Assembly: GCA_951406725.2 (NCBI GenBank)
Contig: OX597826.1
Span: 59,830,001 to 59,894,000 of the forward strand
DNA length: 64,000 bases
DNA from: Octopus vulgaris
Lineage: Eukaryota
Direction of reading: 5' to 3'
Position 1 is the first letter of the stretch. Each line of letters starts with the position of its first letter. The position numbers and the translations under genes were made by a program. Below the pieces are notes generated by a model. The model was not told the DNA's origin and ran no database searches. It saw only the letters and a list, made by a program, of their open reading frames with translations. This document shows, one piece after another, positions 27,481-40,112 of the stretch.

Positions 27481-27577
27481 TACACCTGGAGAACTGCGTT
27501 GAGTAGAAACAATTGTAGCAATTGAAAATAAATGTCCACCAGTATTCCTTCTTCTTGGCTCCAACTTTTTTCGATTA
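27481..27577 (+). mobile_element. inverted partial pseudo-LTR with the 3' half of an HHR
   Basis: GAAA-caattg-TA (palindromic stem III) followed by AATAAA; same family as 35830-35925; abuts the 5' end of the minus-strand PLE ORF fragment. Confidence 0.55.
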
Positions 27578-27651
27578 TATATATACATATATATGTGTGT
27601 GTGTGAGTGGGTGTGTCTATATATATATGTGTATATATATATATATATGTG

Positions 27652-27694
<43 letters not shown>

Positions 27695-28296
27695 ATGTAT
27701 ATATGGATGAATTCATATACTCACACGCGCAAATCATGCACCAATGTGAATGTATATAAGCATACATACATACTCAGGTGAAGAAAGCTGATTCAACGAG
27801 TAGAGATCCAAGCTAGCACTGGAAATGTGAATATGTGTAAAACTTGCCAGAAGTTTATCATTTAAGTATATTTGCAGATGTTTAGACATGTAACTATATG
27901 CATGAGTATACATATATAAAACAATACATATAAATCTGCACATGCACTGACCTCGAATAGTGCTCATACCATACACACTCATACATACAATAATACCCTG
28001 TTGATGTTTTTTGAAATTCCAATGAAAGAGCCTTAGATTTAGGTTAGAAAGCGGCTATTTCTCTGTTCGCAAGAATTCTTTAAATAAAACTGGATAATGA
28101 GATTCATAGATACATGGATACATACATATATACAAACATACATACGTATATATATATATATATATACACACATATATTTATATATATATGTATATATATA
28201 TGTATATATATATGTATATGTATATATATACATATATATATATATACATATACATATGCAAATATATATACATATATATATATATGTAATATATAT

Positions 28297-28424
<128 letters not shown>

Positions 28425-28439
28425 TATATATATTTATAT

Positions 28440-28985
28440 GTTGCGTCAGGAAGAAATTAATTTCGCTTTTCATAAATGGATGGAGTAACGATATTTTTTT
28501 GACTCACTTTTGTCAATGTCATGATTTTTTCCTTTTGACATTTGACATTTGATAGCCGTTACTTTTGGCAAATTGTGTGTAATTCTGTTTCCATTGTGTT
28601 AGTTCAGCGTCATTTTTAACTTGGAGTGCGAAAACGAACATTTTCGCCATATTTTTCTTTTTATTTCCATAAAGGCAAGAATGTTTATGAGGCTCACAAA
28701 GAGATATGTAAAGTTTACGATGTGCATTGCATAACAGAACGCACAGCTCAGAAATAGTTTTAAAAATTCCATTCAGGAGATATTTTTATTCAAAGATGAC
28801 CAACGCTCTGGTCGACCTAATGAAGCTGGTGATGACCGAATCAAAACCATAATTGAATCTCATTGTCATATAACTGCAATAGATTGCAGAGAGGCTAAAT
28901 GTATCACACACAACAATTGCAAATACACTTAAAATGTCTTGGACTTGTGAAGAAGCTCTATATTTGGATGCCACATAAATTGAAA
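28440..28985 (+). mobile_element. mariner 5' fragment (mellifera-like transposase N-terminus)
   Basis: ECENEHFRHIF..KGKNVYEAHKEICKVY..ITERTAQK*F..DDQRSGRP..IAERLNVSHTTI..GLVKKLYIWMPHKLK. Confidence 0.8.
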
Positions 28986-29090
28986 ATTTTTTAAAATTTT
29001 ACACAATTACATTGAAACGACTGTTTTTGCATTTTGTTTCTTTTTATTTCCTTTCAATTTATATTCTCTTCTTTAATAAGTAAGTATATA

Positions 29091-29345
29091 CAGGGTTGGA
29101 TGCAAAGGTAGGTAAACAGTAAATATCACATCAATGTTATATTATTTAATTCATAAAAGTTATTAGCACATTAAATTAGTTTGCCGCAGCTCTGATCATT
29201 TCCAGTGTAATTAATCATTATAATACATTTATGATAACTATAATAATACTTTTATCGAAACTTCTAATTTTTTGATAAAATAATAAACATGTATTGGTTG
29301 TGTATTCTTCGTTAATAACTCTATATCTACTTTTCCACGACCCTG
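29091..29345. mobile_element. Tc1/mariner-type MITE
   Basis: TA-cagggttgga..aaaggtaggtaaacag ... ctctatatctacttttccacgaccctg-TA; imperfect TIRs, TA TSD. Confidence 0.65.
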
Positions 29346-29421
29346 TATAACTATGATTAAATATACATATATATATATATACATATATATAAATATATAT
29401 ATATATATGTATGTGTGTGTG

Positions 29422-29487
<66 letters not shown>

Positions 29488-30129
29488 AATAGATAGATGT
29501 AGATATTCAGATAAATATGCATCAACATTACTCCCTGTTTCTTTCAATATCTATAAGTGTGTATATATATATACGTGTGTGTATGTGTATGTGTGTGCGC
29601 GTATGTGTAAGTATGTGTATGTGTGTATGTGTGTGTGTGTGTGCATATTTTTTAATTCGCTCCGTTATAAAAGAAGAACAGGAAAAGAAAGGGGAATAAC
29701 GTAGATTTTTTTTTCTTATTCGCTAATTAATACCCCAAAGAAAAACGTATGACAAAAATTGAACAGAAAAAATATAATATAATGTTTGAATGATATCTAT
29801 TTCCTGCTGAAAATAAATGAAATATAATAATTAGCGTAGTAGAATAGAAATGTATGAATACAGTGAAGAAATGATATTCTATATTATGTATTGACTCTAA
29901 ATAAATCGTTGTTTTGAAACACATTTTGTGTGGTTCACTGGGTGTTGCTAAAGGTTTTACCGCAATTGCTACACACCCAAAACATTAACTATTAATGCTA
30001 TTAGGGATACTTTCACACCAATGAATAAACTAATACAAGAGCAACTAATACTACGACGGCGACGATTATGATGACGATGACGGTGATGAAATTATGAAGA
30101 TGATGAGAATTGATAATAATATTAGTAAT

Positions 30130-30164
<35 letters not shown>

Positions 30165-30221
30165 TGACGACGACGATGACGATGACGATGACTTTGATAA
30201 TGATGATGATGATGATGAACA

Positions 30222-30626
30222 AAATTTCATGGCTATTAACAGGAAGTATGATATTGAAAGAAAGGGCCTAAAAGTGGTAATTGAGGAAGTGAAACAGTAC
30301 CTCGTTGCAAAGAATACAAAGATGGTATGATACGACCAAAGAATGAAGGGATACCAGCAGAATAGGTTATTCAGAGTAGATCAGAAGAGATTCTATAAAG
30401 AAATAAATGGAGAGTATACAGATGAAAATACCAGATACCAGATAACATTGAAAGTCAAAGGTTTTGGAGTGAAATCTGGAGCAAAGAGAGGGAGCACAAG
30501 AAGGATGCTGAATGGTTGCAAGAACTGGAACAAACAGTAGTCTTACCAAAACAGGCAGAACTAGTCATATCAGTTAGGGAAGTGAAGGAAATGAACAGAG
30601 AAAATGGGCAACTGGAAGGCCCTGGG
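30222..30626 (+). mobile_element. R4/Dong-clade non-LTR retrotransposon fragment (pre-RT region)
   Basis: RKYDIERKGLKVVIEEVKQ..YQQNRLFRVDQKRFYKEING..SQRFWSEIWS...EH..DAEWLQEL..KMGNWKALG (NWKAPGPD motif); abuts an (AAT)n/(GAT)n tract. Confidence 0.75.
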
Positions 30627-33600
30627 AAAGAAAAAAATGGAGTCCTGCCACAAGAGCAGAAATGGTGCAAGCGTAAGTGCAGATGTACCAAAAATACATA
30701 CGGAAGGAGCTATTAAGAGTTTTGTGCTATTATTTTATTTAAATAGGTGTATTTATGAAATACGCCATGCATACGAAATCAATCTTACAGACTGTGTTTA
30801 TGCATTAGATATACTTTAAAGACTAAGATGATGGGCAGGGAAAAAAGTAAGGAATTTCGAAGGGAAACGAGAAGACTAATGCAAAAAAAAAAACAACAAA
30901 AAGAATGAGAGGCAAAGAAAAGGGTGAAAGCAAGAAAGCGAAAATCTCTGTCCTCCTTCATTGCAGAAACTAAGATGCATTTACGCGCACAGGTGTACGC
31001 ATAGAAGCACCGAATACACATATTCATTTGGATAGAAATTATGAAAATAGAATGAAAATGTAGTATTTCTAACAAAATATAATGCTAAATGTGACACTGA
31101 AACAAAAATAAAACGAAAAGCAGAGCAAAACAGGTGATGATTTTTAAGCTCTTGAATCACAATCTTGAAGATTAAGAGGTAAAAGAAATCAATTTTAGAT
31201 ATGATGCATTTAAGATGATCACCAACGGAATCACCACGTCAATCGCCAGGTTTCACAATGAATGCTAACTTACTGCTCAACAACATACGTAACTGATAGG
31301 TATTATATTGGTAATCAGTAAAGCCGGTGGAGGTTTGCAGCTAGACGGCTTGTTTCAGAGAACAAGCTTGTATTGTATAATATGTAGCAACAGAAAAGTT
31401 GAGTGTGGACTAACGTTAGTAGTGTGTTTGCTATTGCACACTGGATCATCAGCCGAACTGCCTCATTTGGCGATTTTATATATGAATTTCATGTTTAAGA
31501 CAGCAACAGCGCCCTGTTTATATGCAAGCAGTTAATCCCCATCTTACATATATGAAATATATTCAGGTGGGGTTAAAGTAGCTTTCTGAAACTTAAGAAG
31601 AACTTAGACTTTGGGATAAGTATCATATAATATGGGTAGAACTTGTGGAAACTCAATATCGTAGAAATGATATTTAGTTTCGAAATAAATTGAGCCTTGT
31701 GTCTTTTTAGAAGCAATAAATATTTATGGTGACACTGCTGTTGCTGTTCTTGTCTCTCTTATCGCATTTACCATTCATTTGTCATTAAACCCTGACAGGT
31801 CATAATATTCTCAAAGTATTTCAAATAATTTGTACTGCGAGTAGTATTTATAACATCAAAATGCATCATAATAGATTGAATAAAGCTGTCGTCTGTATGT
31901 GCCAGGTTTCATGTGTATCTGTTGGACTGGGTTTTTATGTTGAATAATTTATAGTCGAGTGACGCTGTTTATATCAACTGTTATAATAAATTGCAATAAA
32001 TGTCCTTCATATTAATAGTTTCAATGGCAAATACTGGTGTTTGCACACTTTCTTATGTCTATTATTTTTCTTAATCGAAGATTTCAATTTGGTGATGTAG
32101 AACCATATATTTCTGCTGCTTTATCTTTAACTGCAAAGACTTATTTGTATTTTTATATTTACAATGTTTAATTTAGTGCCGATGTGCTGCTTTTAGAGTT
32201 TCTTGTACGATGCGTTGCACTGGTTATTGAAATTGAAATGTAAATTGCTCTAATTAAGACTGCTCTCCATGTTTATCTTATTATACACTGTCCAGTGAAT
32301 ATACTGGTAAATCTCATTATGTACACTTTTATATTCTATTTCAGGCAAGATTATTAAGTCCACAGCGTAACTTCGAACTCAGAAACGATTACCTGCTTCA
32401 TCAAACAGTTCGTTCAGCCAGAAGTTAGGTTAAATATTGTTTACGTTTAATGGTTTCAAATGTTTTGAGGTTATGGACAGGGGTCTTGTGTTGCTACCGT
32501 CTTTTTCACTCTCATAAAAGTATATTGACCTGGGGCGTAGCCAAAAGAAATTAATGCCACTGTTTTCTTTAAATATTTGACGGTTTTAAGTATTACGTTT
32601 GTTGAATATATCTTTTTTATTTTGGCCGTTATTGTTATGAAGATTTTGCTGTTATTTCACCAGTTAGATGCATCGTTATCGTCGTCATCATTCTTGTTGC
32701 TATTAAAAAAAATGAATAAAGCAGAGTCTGTAGCTGGTGATTGCGCAAACATTTTGATTACGATGTCAATATTGATTAAATATTTTAAAGTAAGTTCTAT
32801 AATATCACTTCTAGTATAACAAATTATATAGGTAGCATTTTGAAAAAAAATAAGTTGTGAGAATTTTAATGACTATAATATTTTAAATAGGCAAAATGAT
32901 AAATATTTTATCGTTTGAATATAGTTCATTTAATCGATACCGGTATATTTCCAGAAATGTTTATCAATATCTGGAACGATCTTTTATCTAGCACGCATCT
33001 CTGCACGATGAAATGAAGTCCAGGAGGATAAGTTAAATCGGAACGCCAATCGTGAATCAATTCTTTCGCAGTTATACTAATATTGACATTCACCTAGGTA
33101 TTGTAATTAACGAGGTTATAATCACTGTGTTGTGCACAAACACATTATAAAATGGAAGAAATGGGGAAAGTAGATGTGTCATCCTACCCATATGTGATGA
33201 AGGTAGAACGACAAAATTGCGAATCTTCCAAATTTATATATATATTTTAGTTATTATAAGAATGAATGTCAAATTTACATAGATGTAACTTAGGTGTTAA
33301 GGTTACATATTCATCTGGTTGATGATCGTGCTACGTACTTGAACTCCAAAATAAAGTGATGGAAAATAATGCCAGAGTGTGGAATGTGGAAGGAAGTGTG
33401 TCTTACAGGGATGTGTTCTGAGAATGAAGGATTCAGTACAATACTTAATCAAACGATAAGCAGATTAACATGCGATATATTATAATCAGTAAACAGCTAG
33501 TGGGAATATATGCTTGGCAAGATTTTAACGAAAAAAAAAACCCTTCTAGATTAGCTGAAATGAAAGCATAGCAACACGAGAGATAGTGAAATAATCTACA

Positions 33601-34274
33601 AGCCTGTAGGTTAAAAATGATAATCAGTGGATATTTTCTAATTGCAAGGATGACTACATATTTATTATTAGACATTTGTTTCAATAGTGTATCTATTGAG
33701 GCAAGTCGGCCATATCAACCCCAGTGCTTAACTGGTACTTATTTTATCGACCCCAAAACGATGAAAAGGAAAGTTGACCTCGGCGGATAGGAACTACTCA
33801 TATTAAGATAACATTATCGCACATGACATACACAAATAAACCACTTTTTAGTTTACTGTTTCAGTCAGGGCATTACGTAGCAAGAGGACACCCTTTCCAG
33901 AGTTAGGACCGCATGACCAAGATTGGAATTATTCACCAACCAAAAATAACTGACGCTATCCAAATCGCTGACTTAGAATGGAATATTCGTTTCACTTGAG
34001 AAGTGGTGTTAGGCTGCACAGGTTCTAATCCGCATCCAGAGAAAGATTTCGCGCGCGATTGACAGAAAAACATTCACAAACATGTTTGCCTCAGAGTTAT
34101 ATAGTTACGTCTTTCTGCATTTTCTGCTGCAACTTTAATGACTTCTGCCACCTGGAGCGCTTTGATCTCATGCAGTTTGCCCTTATTACAGACTCATAGT
34201 TACACCAAAATATTTACACAACGAAGAACATACCAATATAGCATAAAGCTATGTATTTAACGGTACGGGTATAT

Positions 34275-34325
34275 ATGTGAACCGGTTTCTAGTTTAATAC
34301 GAATATCTTAACTTCCTCAGCACAT
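34275..34325 (-). ncRNA. type I minimal hammerhead ribozyme
   Basis: atgtg-CTGAGGA-agtt..gata(ttcg)tatt..aact-a-GAAA-ccgg-TT-cacat: 5-bp stem I and palindromic stem III ACCGGT. Confidence 0.75.
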
Positions 34326-34762
34326 CTTAACATTTTGAAACATTATCCGAATCTGCCACTTTGAAATCTGCTGGCGTCCTTAATTGCTTAGCACTAAAAT
34401 GAGGAAACCTTCAGTGTGAAATGATCCAATCAGCAGCAAAGCATTCGGAAGCGAATATTTATAAGATATTAATATTGCTATTATTATCGAAGGCAATATG
34501 AAAAGTTGATAATAACAAAAGCAGCAATATAGGCGGTTGCAGGCCTACAAAATAGCAATATAAGCTAAGGAAGTAAAATTATACTAATTATAAGGACACA
34601 TTAAAGTGTTTACCCGCTAGAAATAAGCGTCGAAATCCTTATTTGGACTAACAAAAAATTTACACTGAAAACAATACATTCAAAAGTATAATATCAGATC
34701 TTAAAAAAATCTCTCACATACCAATATAACAGAAAGCTGTATATTTAATGGTACAGGAGTAT

Positions 34763-34813
34763 ATGTGGACCGATTTTTGGTTTCAAACAAAGATCTTCCT
34801 TTCTTCAACACAT
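34763..34813 (-). ncRNA. degenerate second hammerhead copy
   Basis: atgtg-TTGAAGA...AAAA-tcgg-TC-cacat: stem I and GUC site kept, core mutated. Confidence 0.55.
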
Positions 34814-35257
34814 CTTAACCCTTTGAAACACTATCCGAATCTGCCACTTTGAAATCTGCAGGCGTCCTTAATTGCCTAGCGTCAAAATGCGGACAGCCTC
34901 AGGTGTGGAAAGTGGTAATCGGCAGAAAAATATTCGGAAGAGAATATTTTGGCGCTAAGCAATTAAGTATGTGAGAGATATTTTTCGATCTTCTAGTATA
35001 CTGTTGAACCTGTTGTTTTCAGTTTAAATGTTTGGAGTGGTTTTAAAGGTTTTGACTCTTATTTCTAGCAGGTAGACACTTTAATTTGTGCTTGTGATTA
35101 ATATAATTTTAATTCTTTAGCTATATAATGCACTTCTTTTAGGCCTGCAAACACCTATATTGATGTTTCTCTTATTATCAAATATAACTATTTATATTGC
35201 CTTCCATATTAATTGCAATTTTAATACCTTATAAATATTCGCTTGCTAATATGTTGT

Positions 35258-35321
<64 letters not shown>

Positions 35322-35324
<3 letters not shown>

Positions 35325-35482
35325 GGTCCCGGGTTGAGTCGGGGTTAACCACAGTAAATAAGGTACTCAATACATAGCAGAGTAAATTAATTTATTTTAT
35401 AGAAGGAGCTTCTACAGGACTAGAACTGTTTCATTCAAATGAAACAGTTCTAGTCCTGATGATTTCTCCTTCTATAAAATAA

Positions 35483-35485
<3 letters not shown>
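35322..35485. mobile_element. fold-back mini-element in (TA)n (family shared with 51710-51823)
   Basis: Near-perfect hairpin 35390-35484; first ~50 bp nearly identical to 51710-51762; contains CTGATGA and GAAA fragments. Confidence 0.75.
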
Positions 35486-35566
<81 letters not shown>

Positions 35567-36007
35567 CATACATACATATCATAACACGTCCTGCAATAAA
35601 TAATTTCCAAAGAAATATTATATGTGGAATTTTTATCAAATTTTACAGTATTCTAAAGTGTCAAATAATTATGATTGATACTCAAATGAATTTGGAATTT
35701 TTTAACTCAATATGTTTTACTGAAGACACTGACTGAATTAGTTACTAATATTAACCTTTCAAAGATGGCTGCATAGAAGGAGCATTTGTTGGACTTAATA
35801 CTTTATGAGTTAAAAAAGATAAGTACCTGTACACTTGTAGAACTACGTAGAATCGAAACAATTGTAGTAATTAAAAAATAAATTTCCAACAGTACCCCTT
35901 CTTGTGCACTCGAGTATTTTCAATTATATACGCACACACACACTCTCTCTCACACACACACACTCACACACAAATAAACACACTCACACACACACACACG
36001 CACACAG

Positions 36008-36050
<43 letters not shown>

Positions 36051-36103
36051 AAGAGAGAGAGAAATGGTTGAAGAAATATAAGTACGTAGATAGGCAAATA
36101 TAC

Positions 36104-36150
<47 letters not shown>

Positions 36151-36303
36151 CCTATCTAACTATCAATCTATATATGGACGGATAGATAGGTAGATAGATA
36201 GACAGATAAGGGGAGAGAGAGAGAGAGATGTAACAGACACGCACCTAAAAATAATACTCGCTTACACACACATACCCCCAACACACGCAACGCACATAAA
36301 TGC

Positions 36304-36337
<34 letters not shown>

Positions 36338-36778
36338 GACGCTGCATTGGTTTGTATAGCGAAGTGCCTAACGCGTAAGATGAAGGAAACGAAGAATCAT
36401 TTGTGCTGACTAGACTTGTTTCGTTTTTGCTGGTCAATTATAAAAATTCTGGTCAGTTCTCTAAAAGTATAAAAGTATCAATGAGAGAAGATGCAAGTCA
36501 ATTGCGAATGAAAGCTTGTCGGCAGTTAGTGAAAACCCTCAAAGGATTTCTTTGAATGGAATGTAGCAAAAGTAAAAGTGGTCTTCTCGTAGTTAATACT
36601 GACGATATTGATGCGATTAAAGAAGCGATGACTTTTGGTGATTAATTAGGCCACGCGGGTATAAGATATGCACGCAAAGATACACACACGCACACACAAA
36701 CAGGCACAAATGCATAGACACAAACATACACATATATTCATACATACATATGTATATATATATATATTTATACATATA

Positions 36779-36818
<40 letters not shown>

Positions 36819-37852
36819 TATTTATACATATATCTATACATATGTGCATTCATGTGTATATGCATATATATGCATATATATATACCTGTGTGTATGTATA
36901 TATGTGCGTGTGTGTTTGTTTTTTGTGTGTGCTTATATATGTGTTTATATGTATGCGCGTATTTACGTACGTGTATGTTGTGTGTGTGTGTGTCTGAACA
37001 TGAATAACAATGATAATAATAAAACCTATATACACACATCGACACAGAGAGACGCACATCAATACTTGCAAATTCACACACACTCACACACATACAAACA
37101 CACCACAGAAACACATGCGTGTGTATTACATCCAGGGTCACCTCTATATACACGTCCATACAAATCCATGCAGGGGAATAGACATGTACGTACATTTAAA
37201 TATATAGGCAGAAGAATCAAATAATGCATGCTTTTGAAAATTCGGCCTTGTCATAGATGAAAGAACTCACATCGAAAGGCCACCACAGAACGCTTATATT
37301 TTGTATGGCCCAAGTAATCCCTGCGGAAGACTGCTGTCTTGTAAGTCCAAAGTTTTGCTCATTTATAGTTAGACTAAAAATTCCCTATCGGACAAAGATT
37401 CTGCTTTTGTGATTTTTGACTTAATTAAACTCCATTCATCACGAAATAATAAATGAAATATAATAAAAATAAAAAAAATAAACAATACTCTCAGTGCTAG
37501 ATAGCCAAGAAGGAATTTATGATTGGAATTGAATCAAAATCATTAGAAGACATACGTCCACAATGAGAACGTACTTGAATATAAACTTGGTGACTATCAT
37601 ATCTATACAGAAGTATATAATATATATGAATATGAATATACTAGTGACCCTCATAAATATAGAGTGTATGCTGTACATTTTCATTCCACAAATTCTGCAA
37701 ATTGAACATTCTTCTCTATGGAAACTTTCGAAAATATAAATGTGCTATTATGAATCTAAACTTGTTTATCACTTGGTACTTTGAGATTGGTTGACGTTTA
37801 AATTCTGCATATGCATATATAAATACAGGCATGGTTTTAACCAAATATATGT

Positions 37853-38064
37853 GGAAGGGTGCTGAAAAATTCTTGGCTGTAGGTAAAAGGAAATAGAGGA
37901 GGATCAGTTAATTATGATTTTATTCAACATATTCCCCTCTCTGATTCACACATTTAATGCGGTAGTCTACCAGTTTTTCTCTGCTCTGAAATAGAACTTG
38001 GAAAGATGGGCTTACGTCTAGTCCTTTCGCGATACTTTTAAAGCCAGGAACTTTTAAGACCCCA
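37853..38064 (-). mobile_element. mariner-derived MITE
   Basis: TIRs gggtgctgaaaaattcttggct / agccaggaacttttaagacccc; the minus strand encodes KCVNQRGEYVE* (mariner C-terminus). Confidence 0.7.
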
Positions 38065-38306
38065 CTGACTTTAATGGTGTGCGGATATGAGTGTTAAATC
38101 CGTGTCAACGGTCGTCAAAGAGACTATAGATACAAGGTTAAACACAAGCCTAAATACTAAATACTAAAAAACTTCTCATGGATGATGCCTAAAATTAAGT
38201 GACTCTAAATGCATGTCGTTATGAGTCTAATTATTGGTGAGTCAATGTATGGAGCTCTGTTTTTAACCCCCTGTGGGCAATGCAGAAATAAATACGTGTC
38301 CCTATC

Positions 38307-38493
38307 AAGGCAGCGAGCTGGCAGGATCTTTAGCACGACGGGCTAGATACTTAGTGGCGTTTCATTCGTTCTGAGTTCAAATTCTGCCGTACTCAACTTT
38401 GCCTTTAATCCTCCTACCATTTGAACACTAGGGTCGATATAGTCGACTTACCCCTCCCCCAAAATGGCTGGCCTTGTGCCAACATTTGAAAGC
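38307..38493 (+). mobile_element. SINE family A
   Basis: aaggcagcgagctggcagg..ttctgagttcaaattctgccg..ctttgccttt. Confidence 0.8.
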
Positions 38494-38619
38494 AACACGT
38501 GCCACTGTCGTCGTAGTTGTTGCTGTTGTTGACAACTGTCCTACTGTTGTCGTTAGTGACGTCGCCATCTTTGTTGTTGTTGTTGTTGCCGCCGACGCAG
38601 ATATTGTTCTCTATATTGT

Positions 38620-38930
38620 TTGTTTTTTTATTTATGTGCCCTTTTCAAGTGTCTAGCCAGGCTCATGGGCCCGGTTTCTATGGCGTATGTGTTCCTCCCA
38701 GCTGGACGGGATGCCAGTCCATCGCAGCGTTACTCAAGAAACAGGAAGAAAGAGTGAGAGAAAGTTGGGGCGAAAGAGTACAACAGGGGTCACCACCACC
38801 CCCTGCCGGAGCCTCGTAAGGCTTTAGGTGTTTTCGCTCACTAAACACACACAACGCCCGGTCTGGGAATCGAAACAGCGATCCTCCGACCGTGAGTCCA
38901 CTGCCCTAACCACTTGGCCATTGCGACTCC
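38620..38930 (-). mobile_element. SINE with head C and the tail of the 59663 copy; TSD present
   Basis: Head matches 17651; tail gaaaccgggcccatgagcctggctagacacttgaaaagggc matches 59869-59908; TSD tctctatattgt at 38608-38619 and 38931-38942. Confidence 0.85.
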
Positions 38931-40008
38931 TCTCTATATTGTACTTGACATGAAATGCTTGGAATTGTTAACTTTGCTCTTGTTGATGTTAGCGTTGTTG
39001 TTCTGGTTAAACTGTTTATACCCTTCATCGTATTATTATTACTGTTGTTGTTGTTTTCATTCTGAATCTCATTTTTCTTTTTTTTTTTGGCCTCCAGTTT
39101 CGCCTTCTTCTTGTTGCTGAAGTTTTTTCATTGTTCCTCTTGTCTACATCAAGCTATTGTTACTGTATTTGCTGTTGCTGTTATGTTATTTATGATAATA
39201 TTACAGTCGTTGTTCTTTTTCTTGCTGCTGTTGTGCAGTTTTAGTGGTGCTCTGGCTGCTGTACTGTCTTTAGTGTTAGCGCTGCTGCTGTGTAACTTTT
39301 GGCGGTAGCGCTGCTGCTGTTGCTGTTCCTGCTGCTCTTGTTGTTCCTGCTGCTGCCAGTCGTTATTATAGCAATGTTGCTGCTCTTCTTAACGTTGTGC
39401 CGTTTTTGCTGTTGTTTCTGGTATTGCTGCTTTCTCTATTGTTGTGCAGTTCTTATTGAAGTTGTAGTATTTGTTATTGTTGTTCATGTCGACGCTAACA
39501 CTGATGTTGTTGTTGTTGTTGTTGGTTGTGGTGGTGATGACGATGATGATGGTAATGATGTCGATGATGATGATGTTGACTGTTATTGCAAACTGTGTCT
39601 TCCTTGTCGTTTGTGTTGTCATTGAAAAATTAACTACCTCAACCAATCAGATTGTGTTATTACATGGCGATAATTAAATTATGTCTCCTGAGCAGAATTA
39701 CAATTAACGCTGCAATGCAACATTTCTATCTGTCTGTCTGTCTGTCTGCCTTCCTTTCTTTCCTTCTTTCTTTCTTTCTTTCTTTAATCTTTTCCTTCTT
39801 TTTCCTCACAACTCCTCCTCCATGCTAACTTCTGTATTGACAAATTACTGGGCTATTAAGAGAAGATTATAAAATGAGGGATAATGATGGCGATGTGACA
39901 ACAACAACAACAACAACGATTAATACCATCATCATCACAACAACCATCACCAACACCAACACCAACACCATTATTTCTAATACTGCTACAGTGACAAACG
40001 CCATTACA

Positions 40009-40112
<104 letters not shown>

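Larger units (their letters stand above)
34229..35244 (-). mobile_element. 488-bp tandem unit (about 1.5 copies) plus an inverted copy; HHR-bearing pseudo-LTR or retrozyme-like array
   Basis: 34229-34460 recurs at 34717-34949; 34946-35244 is an inverted copy of about 34449-34721 plus a short piece matching 34867-34888. Confidence 0.8.

Noticed and set aside
28013-28061. CCAATGA..agcct/aggtt..GAAA gcggc TA
   Set aside because: Two core mismatches and stem I out of register; too degenerate to call.
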